Assembly (NCBI GenBank): GCA_002633005.1
Contig: NMRA01000147.1
Coordinates: 671,179-735,178 of the forward strand
From: Phoronis australis
Taxonomy: Eukaryota; Animalia; Phoronida
Length of the DNA: 64,000 nucleotides
Direction: 5' to 3'
Made by a program: the position numbers and the translations under genes. The notes under the pieces were generated by a model. That model worked only from the letters and a program-made list of their open reading frames with translations. It was not told the origin of the DNA and did not search any database. Of the stretch, positions 51,502-64,000 are shown piece by piece (position 1 is the first letter of the stretch; each line of letters opens with the position of its first letter).

Positions 51502-54500
51502 TTACATAGCTGGAGACTTAGTGGAGATAATTGCAATGTTACGGGGTGAAATGGCATCGTTGAAGACGGGTATAGAATATGACTGTTCAACTCCGCTTTC
51601 CTTGAGGAATTGAACCCGATCTTGAATAATCAAACTTTCAATCACAGGCTGCAGAATGTACTGTAGGGCCTGCAAAACAGTTAAGGAAAGACCGTTATTT
51701 CAACTTCATTCCAACAGATTTTAACAAAATTTTAAAGCGATATTACATTAAGCCCATAAGAGAAAGCTCATATTGAAAGACGAAGAAGGATTTCAAAAAT
51801 AAATAAATGATGCCACATTATGAACAGAAAAATGAGTGGTTTCTTAGGCTAGTGCTTTAACTTTAGAAATTCATCAAGTCACATTAATGAATGCTCACAG
51901 ACAAATCTCAAGTTAAAAAAGGTTAATAACTCACAAGGTTTTGCTAAAGAAACAACATCTTAAAAATGCATACATTCAGGTAGTCACACAAGAGCTTAAT
52001 TCCCAAAAATGTCGCCACTCTGGGCTGCGATCAGAATACTCAAGACACTCATAAGATACACTAGTATGACCATGTGTTTCACTTCTAATGCATGATGTTA
52101 TCTCGAAAACTTGCGTGATCTTGAGTTTTCACGAGTTTCTTGCATCTACGGAATGCACCCCTGGTGGACAGCTTTCTACTCTACATTTATGTAGAAAAAA
52201 AGGAAGTAATTCTTTCTTAATAGCACAACATCGTGAATATTGGGTTGCTACTTTGGAGAAATTTTAAGGCCACTGTCTACCGTTGTTACAAGATATTTTC
52301 AATAATTTTTTAGTTATTACTAGTAAACCCATAAAACTATAGAGAATCTTATTTTGCACAACAATATTCAGAGGTTCGCAATCATGTGATTGCATTTTTG
52401 TAAAAAAAATCACCATAAGATTTTTCACAGAGAATGTCGAATTTCCAACAAATTTTTTTTTTTCGCTCAAAACTTGCAAATTTTGCTTCTTTGTTTTATT
52501 AGCTACAAAACAGTGTCTGAGATTTTCTTTTAAGGCCTTTGAGCCCGAGAAAACTGATGTCAAAAATCAAGACTTCCTTTTCAAAAATGTTGATGTCTTG
52601 ATTTCTGACAGTGCATTTCACATCTAAGAGGCCTTAAAAGGAAATCCCAGACCCTGTTTTGTACCTAATAGAACAAAGAAACATAATTTGGATGTTTTGA
52701 ATGAAAAAAAATTAAATTTAAGGAAAATAGGGCCATCTCCGTGAAAAAATGCGATGTTTCAGAAAAAATGCAGTCAAGTGATCATGAATGACATTGTTTT
52801 CATGCACACAATAAGTATCTATGATACTCAATGATTTTAGAAATAATACATAGTTTTATAGCAATGGGCCCACCTGTCTGTTACAACGTGTATCAGAATG
52901 CCTGCGATAAAACAAAAAAAAAAAATAAAAAAAAATAAAAAAGCCCCAGGCCTGAACTTCAATGGAAAAACCTACTGTGATAATTTCAATGTAGACAAAG
53001 TACTTCTCATAATCCTGGTAAACCTTGTGCATCATCTCAATAAAAGCTGTTTTGTTCCGTTGAATCACCACCAGATCTCCGGCCACCTCTGCTCGTTCAC
53101 AAACTGCGTTCAGATAACACTGAAACGTGTCAAAATCAGATTTCCGTGCTACTTTTCGTCGAAGTTTCTTCAACCCACAGTTGGTAGTTTTTAAGCCGAG
53201 TTCAAGGAGACCTCTGTAGGCCACATTCCTCATGTGATACTCATGGTCCTTATCTGTTTGAGTTCTCCACCGAGACCTTAGATGGAGCATGAACAATTTA
53301 AATCAATAAGTTTACACTTGTATAAACTTTACAAAAGTTAACGGCTTGAAAATATAATAAACAATTTGAAAATCAAAGTTTTAACTCTCAGGAACTTTTT
53401 CCCCAACAGTAAATTTCCTTGCCAATGTTGTCAAAGTTGTATTATCAAGATCAGGGTGAAGGAACAATTCAATAGTTGGACTAAAAAATGTCCAGGCTTA
53501 ACCACACGTCAGTTAAATGTTAAGAAAAGTGTTGTGCCTGGAGCTATTACTAATAAGCTGATTTAACATAAGAGAAGTTATGAATCCAGACATTTGATTG
53601 TTTCTCCAACTTGCAAATGATATTGAACTTAATGTCAAAATCTTGAAAACTGCTGAAACGCTAAGGGGATAAGAATTGAGGATTTTATGTGGAAATTATA
53701 CTTCTTGTTTAACACAATTACATAACATGGTGGAGTGAAATACATTGATTGCCTCTCTGTCGAGTTCCTCTGCCACAAATTTGGGTTTATCATAGTTGAT
53801 GGCTATGAATTATGAGTAACGCTCTGTATAACCGAATAACATATAGTTACTGTCTCAACAACCATAACATTTCTGGTGATGCAATACTCTAAACTCTAGT
53901 TTCATTTTTAATTCTTTAAGGACAGAGTGACTATAAATACCGAGGTGGCATCAAATCCAAGTTTGATTTCTTGAAATGAAAACCAAAATTCAATATGGTA
54001 TCACAGCACGAGTCTTATAGAGCAACAGCTACATAATTTCCATTACCTGGTTTCTTGCGCTGCCAATCGGAGTGCATACACGGTCAATTCCCACCCAGGG
54101 TAACTTTTCTGTGTGGCCGCCACCGAGGAGATCATAGATTTGCTCATGGGGAAATTGTGAAACCCTCCACTGTCTGACACTTTCATGCCGTGGTAACAGC
54201 AACTGACACAAACCAGAGTTTCCAACTCATTCACTGTTACAAAATATCTTAACATTGTTGGTGTCAGATCGCCACAGCAATGAAGACCCACCATACACAC
54301 TTTCTTTGAATTTGTCTTTGAAGCAGTACTCCAGAATTTTTCAGACCTTCCACATTTACACAAACAATCTGGATGGTTCGGTCGACTGGCAGTTATTGAT
54401 GAACAGTCACTATTGTTGATCTTGGATTGTTCTGAAATGGTTTGTTCTGATTGAGGACAGGCCTTGCACAAAGGGCTTGGCTTGGAAGTGTCAATGATTT

Positions 54501-57500
54501 GGTTTAGAAGTTCCGAAAACTGCTTTCTACACTGAGGAGTGTCTACGAGTTCAACAGTGTGAGTTTCAATGAGGACGTCTTGTTTTTCTAACTCTGCAAG
54601 AGACAAGTAAGACAAACATTTAATATGCTATGCTCACTGAGAAATTTCTTATACATTGTTACAACTTCAATAAAAGTTTTGTTTTTTCATTCTTCATTTG
54701 ACTGTCACCACTGATGATATTCTGAACACCAGGTAGCGCTACCCAAATAGTCCAACTTGTCAAATCATGTGGATTCCTTATCCCATAAATGATGGTGAAG
54801 AGGCAATGTCTTCATTAACACCACCTAGTGTGAATATTGAGTAAATTAGTTCTAAGATGAGGTGTCTCAGGGACAAGATCAATGTCTGTTACGTGCGCCT
54901 GCTAACGAAGCAAACAATTTTCCTAATTTAGACCTATTTCACAAAATTCACTTAAAACAACAAGCTGAAAGTTATGTTTTACAAATTTAAAGCAAAGATT
55001 TTGTAACAGTAAGTAATACAGAATGCAATCATGTTTGACATGAGCCACGTGATGAAGAAAAATAAGACAACAAAGCTCATTTTCAGAGTGCAGGTACAAT
55101 ATGTTGCAACTTGGCACAAAGAGAGCATGCAACTGGCCAAAGGGAAGAATGTGATAAGTGATCCACATTCTGTCATAAGAGTCATTTAACAAGAGAAATA
55201 CAATCCATAAATTTCAGTTCATCTTGACCGTTGGAGCAAGGCAACAAATGTTGAAGCACGCCAATAGCTGATTACATTACATACAACACTTGGTTACGGT
55301 GAAACAGTAGTGCCAAAGAGTATCAAACTTGTATGAAGGGACAATGACTTACTCTGTTTGGACACTCTGCAATCAGCACCATGAGTTCTAGTATCCACAG
55401 ATTCCAGTCCGATGACCTTCAAACCAAAGTTCTGGCTGAGAACCTGTCCCAAGTAACCCTGCACCAACGAAAAAAGGAATTCAAAGTTAAAAGAATAACA
55501 TAGTGATACAAGGTTATGTTGTTCAGGATCAAAAAATAATTTTGATAAAGGACATCTGTGAATAAGTAAAACAATTACATACAGTTTGAAAGTTTCCTGG
55601 TCACCAATAGATGGAGTTAGTGGACTACAGGATGTAACCTCTACATGACTTTTTCAGTGAAGGAAGTCAAATGCACACATTTTCAAAATATCAATTCTGA
55701 ATCCAGAGTTGATAAATCAAGTAAAAATATGTCACTGTACAACTTGAGAAGACATTCCAAGCACTTGATGTTGCCAGAAACATCATGCGAGCATTTCATA
55801 ACGCAATTTCATGATGACAGACTAGCCCAAATACCCAGTTTTCCTACATGGGAGTAAACCATAAGCCTTTGTTCAGCTCATTTCATGTGATTTCACACCC
55901 ATACACTTAAGCCGACGGTGTTAACAAACAAAGGCACTTGTTTAGAATACTCTTTTTTGATGAACAAACCTCCTCAAATTGTGTGCCATCCATTTTACAG
56001 GCTCTAAGAATGCATTACAGTTATTTAGCTTTATGAACTGCAGTAGGTTGTTCAACAATACATTCTTTCCAAAAATTAACTTGTATCCAAATTTTAAAAC
56101 TGAAGGGATCACAAACCCACCAATCCTGACCCCACATCCATGATAATACCACAGGAAGTTCTCTCACAGATCTCTGCTACACGACCCGACAGGTAGGAGA
56201 CCTCATGCACTTTCTTCGGACCCATTCCTCTCTTGACAAAATTGTCAATGATGCTAGGTTGCACAGACACATCCTGTTCTCTGGGTATCAATGGTTGGCG
56301 TGATTTGGCAAGAAAATCTGTCAGTGAAGAAGGCCAACTATGCTGCAAAACAAGAAACATTTTGGTGTTAATACTGTCACATTACGTAGTGTTGAATTAA
56401 CACTGGACTAAATGAATTTCAGTATCCGGGTGGAATTTACAATCAGAAATAAGACAGCAGGTTATTCACTAGTCAGAATACAAATCAGTATCATCTCATC
56501 TACACTTATTATTAAGACAAAAAACGTCAATCTATTATTTCAAGATACAATAAAACCATACCAAATTCATCATTGTATAATTAAACCAACCCAACAATAA
56601 AATTAATCTAGGATAACCAGAAAATCAAAAATGACATTAAATGATTGCTTTCTCCTTAAAGGAGACAGTGTGCCTTAGAAATATTCAAGTGGCATAATTC
56701 AGGATCATAGATAAAACAGCTCATACATTGAACAGGATTTGTGCAAAACAAAGTGTATTTAATGCATTTAACCATACAAACCTTTATGAAGTTAAAGGGT
56801 AGTTCACTTAACTCATCATAACTTAGGTTCAGCAGAGGAGAGATCCACTGAAACAAAAAAAGAGACAGTGAAGTCAATGAGTATACAAACCCTCCACCAC
56901 TTTTCAAGTTGCATCCATGGGCATCCTTACTATCACTGCATGTGTACAGACTGCTGCTTAGCACGATTGGGAATTACATTCCTAAAACAAGAAGAAATAA
57001 TTGATTATCAAGGGCAATGCGGGGCGTTGATATGCGTCCACCATTTGCATCACATATAGTGCAGATACTATTTTCAACATTACCACTAGATGGAGCAATG
57101 TTAGTAAACTTAGTTGGCAATGTTCTGCTCAACAGGAACATATTAACTGCAATATTAACTGCAAAGCCCGTAAAAATAAAAGTGGCACTGAGGGCACATC
57201 GGTAGTCAGATACAGAGGAAATGGAGAAAAATAAAATTGCCACAAAATAAGGGGAGCAAGTGGGAGCTGGATCTATCCGAATGTCGTCGTCATCCATTAT
57301 CACCTTCATACAAATACACTTGCTAAATTTAACAAAGGAGATACAGCCACAGACACAACGAAAACAGAATTGCCACTAGTAGGTGCCACAGCAGTCAGTG
57401 CCATCCATAAAGCATTGTCAAATTTCCTCATCCCAGTAACTCATAATCATCCTAAAGGTTAGTTGGCTGACAGAGAGGTGGACACTAAAACAGACTAAAA

Positions 57501-58564
57501 ATAATAAAAACGGCCACTAGGTAGCGTGAACTACGTCAAATCCATCAGTAAACAGAAAAATGTCATCGCCTCCTAATAGAAATCTATTTACCGAATTTCA
57601 TAAACATCCATCCAGTAACTCCGAAGATACAGAGGAAAACGGAAAAAATACAATAGGCACTAGGAGGCACAGCGATTGTTGGATCCACACGAAAGTCATC
57701 AGCTGTTTTCACCTTCATATAAACACCCTTGCCAAATTTAAGAAAGTTCCTCCAGAGGGTTTAGGAGATACAGCCATAGACACAAAAAAATAACTGCCAC
57801 TAGGAGGAATGGCTATGGTTGGAGCCGTCCTCTTCCCACTAGGAACATATAAGTCAATTTTTATAATTACCCTTACAGCGCTTAATTTGGCCTATAGAGG
57901 GGCAGACGGCAAAAACAATGGCCACTAAGTGACGCAAAGTACGTCGAATCCATCTGAAAGGATGAAGGTGGCATCATCTTCCTGATAAATACATATATGC
58001 TAAATTTCATGAGAATCCGTTAAGGAACACCAAAGATATAGAGCCAAACGTAAAAAACTAAAATTGCCACCAGGAGGCACACCAGTAGTCTGATCCGTCC
58101 GAAAATTCGCTCGTGCTGTCCCACGCATAAAAGAAAAATACCTGCACAATTTCATGAACATAAATCTAGGGGATATGTAGATACAGTAGCAGACGCGGGA
58201 AGGCTGGACTGACGGAGATATGAGGTCATGAGGACATAATGATTAATCATTAATGGCATAATACGAACCCACATATATGTGGGCACATAAAAACTTAAGA
58301 ACACAAAGGTATTTTCAGGTCAACATAATCCAGTGCTGTAGACATGCGATGGCCACCATCTCTACTGCAGCCAGTTGAGACAGTGGCACACGGGCACTGT
58401 CTACTCGACTGTTACAGCTGAACACTGCTGAAATGAAGGCTAACCTCTTCTGGAATTTTTTCCCAGACCCTATCGACGAAAAAGTTCGTTAACTGAAAAT
58501 TGTAAATCCATTCGTACTGCGCCAACAGTAAAATAGATTCATCCGATTTTCCGGAATAGTCCAT
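51502..58564 (-). CDS. METTL25B: METTL25/METTL25B (RRNAD1)-family class I SAM-dependent methyltransferase, 509 aa
   Basis: Exons 58564-58445 (MDYSGK...YEWIYNFQLTNFFVDRVWEKIPEE), 56847-56782, 56342-56121 (KKVHEV...IMDVGSGL), 55458-55353 (GYLGQVLSQNFGLKVIGLE), 54593-54047 (MVGLHCCGDLT...VSCCYH), 53276-52976, 51669-51502 (QPVIESLIIQDR...PVFNDAISPRN, TAA). Total 1530 nt. The family is secure. The paralogue call (25 vs 25B) is tentative and rests on the SPRN and WPxxL motifs. Confidence 0.85.
52330..52840. mobile_element. Foldback element in a methyltransferase intron
   Basis: ttctttgttttattagctacaaaacagtgtctgagattttcttttaaggcct mirrors aggccttaaaaggaaatcccagaccctgttttgtacctaatagaacaaagaa. The symmetry extends outward. 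Confidence 0.7.
57000..58293 (+). mobile_element. Helentron/HINE-like composite element: ~140-bp degenerate tandem subunits, decayed GGAC tract, 3' palindrome
   Basis: gccactag-type motif at ~57373, 57514, 57658, 57797, 57922 and 58066. Terminal perfect 16-bp palindrome cccacatatatgtggg (58268-58283) followed by cacataaaaa. Confidence 0.65.
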
Positions 58565-58845
58565 TATTATCCGTTTGCCGCACGATCACGAAAAACTTCA
58601 ATCTTCAAAAAACACAAGCAGAACTCATGGACGCAGACATCTTGATTCCGCGAAGCATTTTTGTTACCTAAGTTGTAGATGTCAATTCATGTATGATGTC
58701 CAGTGACAAGTATTTTGGAAAATGAAACAAATTTAATCATTTTAATTTTCCACAAAGAGTCATTAGAAGCGTTGCGATGATGCAGAATCATGGAATAAGA
58801 CAACTAGCAATTCTTGTAAAACGAGCGTGTACAGTCTCAACCGAG
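58565..58845. promoter_or_regulatory. Putative bidirectional promoter between the methyltransferase and DPP8/9, with a probable DPP8/9 non-coding first exon
   Basis: CpG-enriched segment immediately upstream of the minus-strand ATG (58564). + strand donor ccgag|gtaaat after 58845. The next + strand coding exon is DPP8/9. Confidence 0.45.
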
Positions 58846-59253
58846 GTAAATTATGGTCAGCTGCCTGTGTTGCACGGATTGGGGTGGTGGAAAAGGTTTG
58901 CACCAAAAGACTTTGATTATGTGTTCAAAAGTTTTGCTTATATCTATTTTTAAACGTCATATGCATTCTACATAAAGCTGTGAAGTACTTTATTCAAGTA
59001 ATTTCGTTGATCTTTGGGACTAATTATTTCCTTTACCATGAAGGTATTTGGTCTGTGAAGCTAAAACATAGATTGGCCTCACCAGGTGAAACACTAACAT
59101 CAAATTTAATCAGTGTGAAAACGATTTGAATATCTTGTTTTCACGCCTGGCAGTGTCTTTTCTCTTCTACAATAACTTCTCATAATTCTGTGAGCAGTGT
59201 GATTCTGTTTGACTTGATGCAGCTTATATGTCAGAGACTGATTGGTCATTAGA

Positions 59254-59731
59254 CACATGCGTCCTCAGCTTCTTATCGTCCCCTATATACTATTATGTAT
59301 TACAAGGTATATGACTCTTGGAACTAGGAATTCCATGGATGCTTCACTTCAACCATCCATATCAAATACAAAACTCAGTAAATTTACACAAAATGGGTTC
59401 AACAAACCATGAGCAATTGTTCTTTCTTCTGATAGCTAGCAAGCTCGCAACAAATTCACGATCAAAGCACAAAAATCTTCCCAAAAAGCCAACACGTACT
59501 GTAAATAGTGTCCCACATGAGTTGGTTCAAGGTCAAGTACAGTATGGAATTAAATGATGAGTTACCGAAGTTTACAAAATGATCTGGCTCAGTGTGGATC
59601 GGGTTAGATGTCGTAACCTTCCGTATTGTGTTTGATATGGACGTCTGAAGTGAAGCTCCCGTGGACTTCCTTGTCCCAAGTGTCATACCTTGTAGTATAT
59701 TGGGGACGATCAGAAACTGAGGATGCCTGTG
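59254..59731. mobile_element. MITE-like element with ~110-bp imperfect TIRs
   Basis: cacatgcgtcctcagcttcttatcgtccc...ccatatcaaataca versus tgtgtttgatatgg...ggggacgatcagaaactgaggatgcctgtg. Confidence 0.75.
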
Positions 59732-59745
59732 ATGCCAGCCAGTAG

Positions 59746-60361
59746 ACAGTGATCACCGTCTCTAGCTGGCCCAGTAGAGAGGGTGGAGCTCCTATAAGAG
59801 CTACATACGCGGGAAGCTTTTCAGCGAATTATGCCTCAAACTGACTAAAACATCAAAGTCATGGGCACGCTGAAGAATGTTGTTATATATACCTTTTGCG
59901 CACAGAGGGACACCTTAGGAGGCCGTTGATGTATTTGATTCTTTCCAACTGAAAGGAATATTCCCGTTATCAAACTTTTTCTTCGAGCAGTACCTCGTTC
60001 AGTTCCCAAAGTAAATAACTCGCCATGTTTAACACTGCGCGCTACGCGCTGCAGCTGCTGTGACGTCATATTCCCAGGCGTGTGCAGTGTAAAAATAGCC
60101 AGTTACGGATTTTGGGAACTGAACAAGGGACTGGTCAAAGAAAAAGTTTTTGAAAACTGGAGTATTTCTTCGAGTTGGACGGAATTAAATACATCGACAG
60201 TCTCCTAAGGTGTCCCTCTATGTGCAAAAGGTATTTATAACAACGTGACTTTGGTGTTTTAGTCAGTGTAAGGCATAATTGGCTGAAAAGTTTCCAGCAT
60301 ATGAAGCTCCTACAGGATCTCCACCGTCTCTACTGGGCCAACTAGAGATGGTGATTACTGT
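59746..60361. mobile_element. Foldback/MITE family A, complete element with ~260-bp inverted arms
   Basis: Begins acagtgatcaccgtctctagctggcccagtagaga and ends tctctactgggccaactagagatggtgattactgt. The arms are reverse-complementary over most of their length. Confidence 0.85.
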
Positions 60362-60931
60362 GGTCTAACCAGACAGCTAGTAAACCAACCCTAAACCTTG
60401 TTTTGATGATTTCAACCAATCCTTGTTCTTTCACATGCTAATGTATCAATGGCGTCTATCTTGAAACATAAAAGCAGGAGTCCACTAAAAACTCATACCT
60501 CCTATCTCACAAATTCCACATTAACAATGGTCCTTGGTGAATGGTCTTTTACGAAAGTTGACATTTAATTGGCTAAAAGCGTAAGCCACGCTTGCCCGTT
60601 TAGCAGACTTTGAAATGAGGTTTCAAATTGTCCTCCAATTTTTAGGGTTGTCGAGAGTTACAGAGCGTTATTTTGTTTCAAGGAACTGGAAAGCCTTTTT
60701 TAGTATCTGTTGAGAGTTCGTAACCCAGGGTTTGGTATCCTTTTAAACAGAGCTGAGTTTTGGCTAGCCAGCTAGCTGCATGAAGACTATACGTCAAGTT
60801 ACAGTGATTAACCACTGTCTGTTAATTTCACAATTCACATGGACCTTGAAATTTCACAACCCCTGGGCAGTGCTGCTTGTCACCTCACCTTGAAACTCAT
60901 AATCAACATTGCAGAGCTTTCTAATGACAAT

Positions 60932-61007
60932 CGGGGTTACATGCCACACAGGCGGGGTTACATGCCACACAGGCGGGGTTACATGCCACACAGGCGGGGT
61001 TACATGC
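60932..61007. repeat. 21-bp tandem repeat x~3.6
   Basis: Unit cggggttacatgccacacagg. Confidence 0.9.
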
Positions 61008-62461
61008 AAAAATGTGGCAGTCAACCAACGCTCACCATCTTCACCATCACTCAACATTTTCGGTATAAAAGATGACTGCTAATTACGATTTAGTGTACTC
61101 AAGAAACACGCTGGATTATTTTGTCAGTTTTTTGTGGTCATTGATTCAACTGCCACCAGATTTCGCCAAAAAGTTAAGAAAAATTTGGGCGCAACAAAAA
61201 AGTTTGGCAGCCAAGCAGCCAACGGGAAATTCCGGGAGAGAAGATGGGTATGAAATTACCGGTGACTGCCAAAGGTGAAACTGGTGGCAACCAGAGGGGG
61301 AGTAAAACTGGTGGTAACATGGGAGAAAGTTTGAGCTTGGTGGTGATTGGCACTGTTGTGTACCTCATGAACAGTCAAATCCATATACTCTGCCTATGCA
61401 CACACATTTTGCTCTCCAAGGCAATGCATTCGCCTTCTTATTCTTTGGTACAATGATCACCCAAAGTTCACCTGACGGCCATACTGCCTTGTTGACCAGT
61501 AATAACTCACTGTGGCAAGCTCTCTAATTGTCTTGGTTCACAGCAATAACAACCTGTTTGTTGTTCTAAAGCCTGAAATTAAAGTTTATAATCTGTGTAA
61601 AGTACAAATGAGTCCATTGACTTGGAAGGCTGTAGGCTTGTATTAAGGATTTTACAGATCTGTCTGGTGTAACTGAATAAGTCAAGTGGCAAACCTGTCT
61701 GAGGTCATCCAGGTCAACTTGCCAACATTTGATTAGCTGATAGCCTTGGTCACAAACTTTACATAATCAATGTCTAAATGCCAATGTTTAACCAGCTTCT
61801 TGGTTTTCAATCAAGTGATAAAAGTAATTGTTCTTACACAAGGTTGTCTTTCTTCACTTTACTGGTGAGAAAGTTTTAAGTGATCAGTTATACTGTGTTC
61901 TTGTTACTGGTAGAGCTACATTTCGCCTTGTTTAGCTGGCACTTAACATATATTTTGAGTTCCTTACTGAAGAGCTAAAACAAACTGCTGATCTGCAATA
62001 TACTCTCAGGAAATGGTCATTGTTGTGTTATGTGACTGACCTATTTTTGAATAGAAGTCGAATTTTAGGGTTTGGCAACCCCAATAAAATCATTGATTTT
62101 TCTTTAATACACATTTCTTGACCTGTTAAGGGTTTTATGCTACTTTAGTAATAGACAATTCCTACAGTGATTTTGTGACCAGTTTCATCAGAGCCTAATT
62201 TAATTGATTTTCGTTTTTTAGCCCTCTAACCTTCAAAATGCAGCTTTTAAGGTTTATTCATCATGAAGTACATGTAATCACTAGTATTGGGGTTCAAAAG
62301 TCAATAACTACAAGCGTTAAGAAATTTTTCTGGTGTTTCAGTTTTGCAGTCACAAGTCGGCAGGTCAGTCATAGTGGTGCTAACATGTGAAGTCGGCTAC
62401 AGATAGTGTTGAATGAATTTTAGTGTTCAAGTACGTGGCTGGTTAATTCACATTTCAGTGA

Positions 62462-62956
62462 ATGATGGCGTCGGAAGTCCCTCCGGACCCTTTTAGTTAT
62501 CAGTCTGTCTCTCCCACTCCTGACACCACTGCCAGTAAAAAGAAAACCTGGAACGAACTGCGTGCCGTTGTGAAAGATGCCAGAAAGCTACAATGGTCTC
62601 TAATGAACAGGACTCCTTCATTGTTTTCTTTTCGTACTATTCAAACGCAGCATGGAGAAAAGACCAGAGTCTACTTCCTGGGCATTTTGCCGGGCAGTAA
62701 AGAAAACACACTGGTGTTTGTGGACATTCCCAATGTCCAGTTTACTAACCCGGTAACTTTGCTATGGCAGCCCATGCTAGACGAGTTTCAAGGGATCTCT
62801 CAGCATAATCAGTTTTCTAAGGAGGAGCAGTTGTTACGAGAGCGGAAACGACTCGGTTCATTTGGCATCACGTCGTATGAATTGCACCAAGATAGTGGGA
62901 AGTTCTTGTTACCTGCGTGTAACAGTCTGTTTGTCTGTCAAAATGAACAGCTTCAG
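62462..62956 (+). CDS. DPP9: Dipeptidyl peptidase 8/9, first coding exon (N-terminal region); gene continues beyond the window
   Basis: KKTWNELRAVVK...RVYFLG...ENTL...LLWQPML...FSKEEQLLRERKRLGSFGITSYE...SGKFLLPACNSLFVC is the DPP8/9 N-terminus. Donor CAG|gtaaga after 62956. Confidence 0.92.
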
Positions 62957-63594
62957 GTAAGATCTATTGTTCAATAGGGTATCTGACTATGTGGTAATTT
63001 AAAGCCTATCTTCAACGGTAACACATGTACATTTGGTTCCTGCAGTATGTAGTGCCATAAATTGCCAAATGTAACGTACTGTTGGGCGTATTAGCTTGCT
63101 TTTGTCTACGTCACCGCGAGAATCACCTTTTAATTCAAACAGCTGCAAATAACACTCGCACGCAATGGTGTTCTATTCAGACCCCTGTTCAATACAACCT
63201 TTTGTTGTTTGTGCTGGGATCTCTCGGTGACGCAACGTGGCACGAAAAGGCAGCTTACACTTGCGTGATTAAATTTGCGTTTTCTTATTTTACTTAGGCT
63301 TTGCTAGGACTATTTGGTTAGCCTAATACATCTAAAGTAACAAAATTCCGTTGAAGTTAGGCTTTAAAGAATGTTGGCGTAATGATCTTTTAGAAATGCA
63401 CAAAGTACTGTTTACAGCCGCTTTTGAATTTTAAGATCTTTCGTCAGACAATGTTTTAAGGTGCTTTTCCATACAACAGTTGACTACCACAAGTTCGATG
63501 TTAACTGTGGTTAACCACCAAGTTAAGCATTACCGCTGTCATCAGCTTCAGAGTTATTCAGACACCAATTCTGTTTAGCAGGCCTAGCACAAGG

Positions 63595-64000
63595 TGGCTG
63601 GGTGTCAACTGATCTGACTGGGTATCAGCTGATCTGGCTGGGTATCAGCTGATCTGGCTGGGTATCAGCTGATCTGGCTGGGTATCAGCTGATCTGGCTG
63701 GGTATCAGCTGATCTGGCTGGGTATCAGCTGATCTGGCTGGGTATCAGCTGATCTGGCTGGGTATCAGCTGATCTGACTGGGTATCAGGAGATCTGGCTG
63801 GCTATCAGCTGATCCGACTGGGTATCAGCTGATACGACTGGGTATCAGCTGATCTGGCTGGGTATCAGCTGATCTAGCTGGGTATCAGCTGATCTGACTG
63901 GGTATCAGCTGATCTGACTGGGTATCAGCTGATCTGACTGGGTATCAGCTGATCTGACTGGGTATCAGCTGATCTGACTGGGTATCAGCTGATCTGACTG
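63595..64000. repeat. 20-bp minisatellite (~20 copies, runs off the window end) in a DPP8/9 intron
   Basis: Unit ggtatcagctgatctg(g/a)ctg containing the palindrome ATCAGCTGAT. Confidence 0.97.

Overview
Animal genomic DNA (AT-rich, GT-AG introns; the repeat landscape suggests an invertebrate bilaterian, possibly a mollusc, which is inference only). Most short ORFs in the six-frame track are spurious, so the real genes were assembled by hand from splice sites and reading phase. Five genes were found. (1) The 3' part of an unidentified + strand gene: 17 phase-consistent exons, 87-17929, about 1,305 aa, with coiled coil, two UIM-like motifs and a long disordered tail. (2) MNS1 on the - strand. 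(3) CHTOP on the + strand, head-to-head with MNS1. (4) A METTL25/METTL25B(RRNAD1)-family methyltransferase on the - strand. (5) The first coding exon of a DPP8/9 orthologue on the + strand, head-to-head with the methyltransferase. Introns and spacers contain foldback/MITE elements, Helentron/HINE-like composite repeats, a decayed LTR retrotransposon with LTR and tRNA-Phe PBS, a tRNA-derived SINE head, several minisatellites and an assembly gap (36669-37080). The most notable observations are two minisatellites that amplified splice signals (a 5' donor and a branch point), an apparently conserved CHTOP intron-retention/NMD architecture with a candidate stem-loop, a retroelement remnant whose gag and integrase seem to come from different superfamilies, and an orphan ORF with a dual-acylation N-terminus. 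I found no clear evidence of a wholly new multi-gene system.
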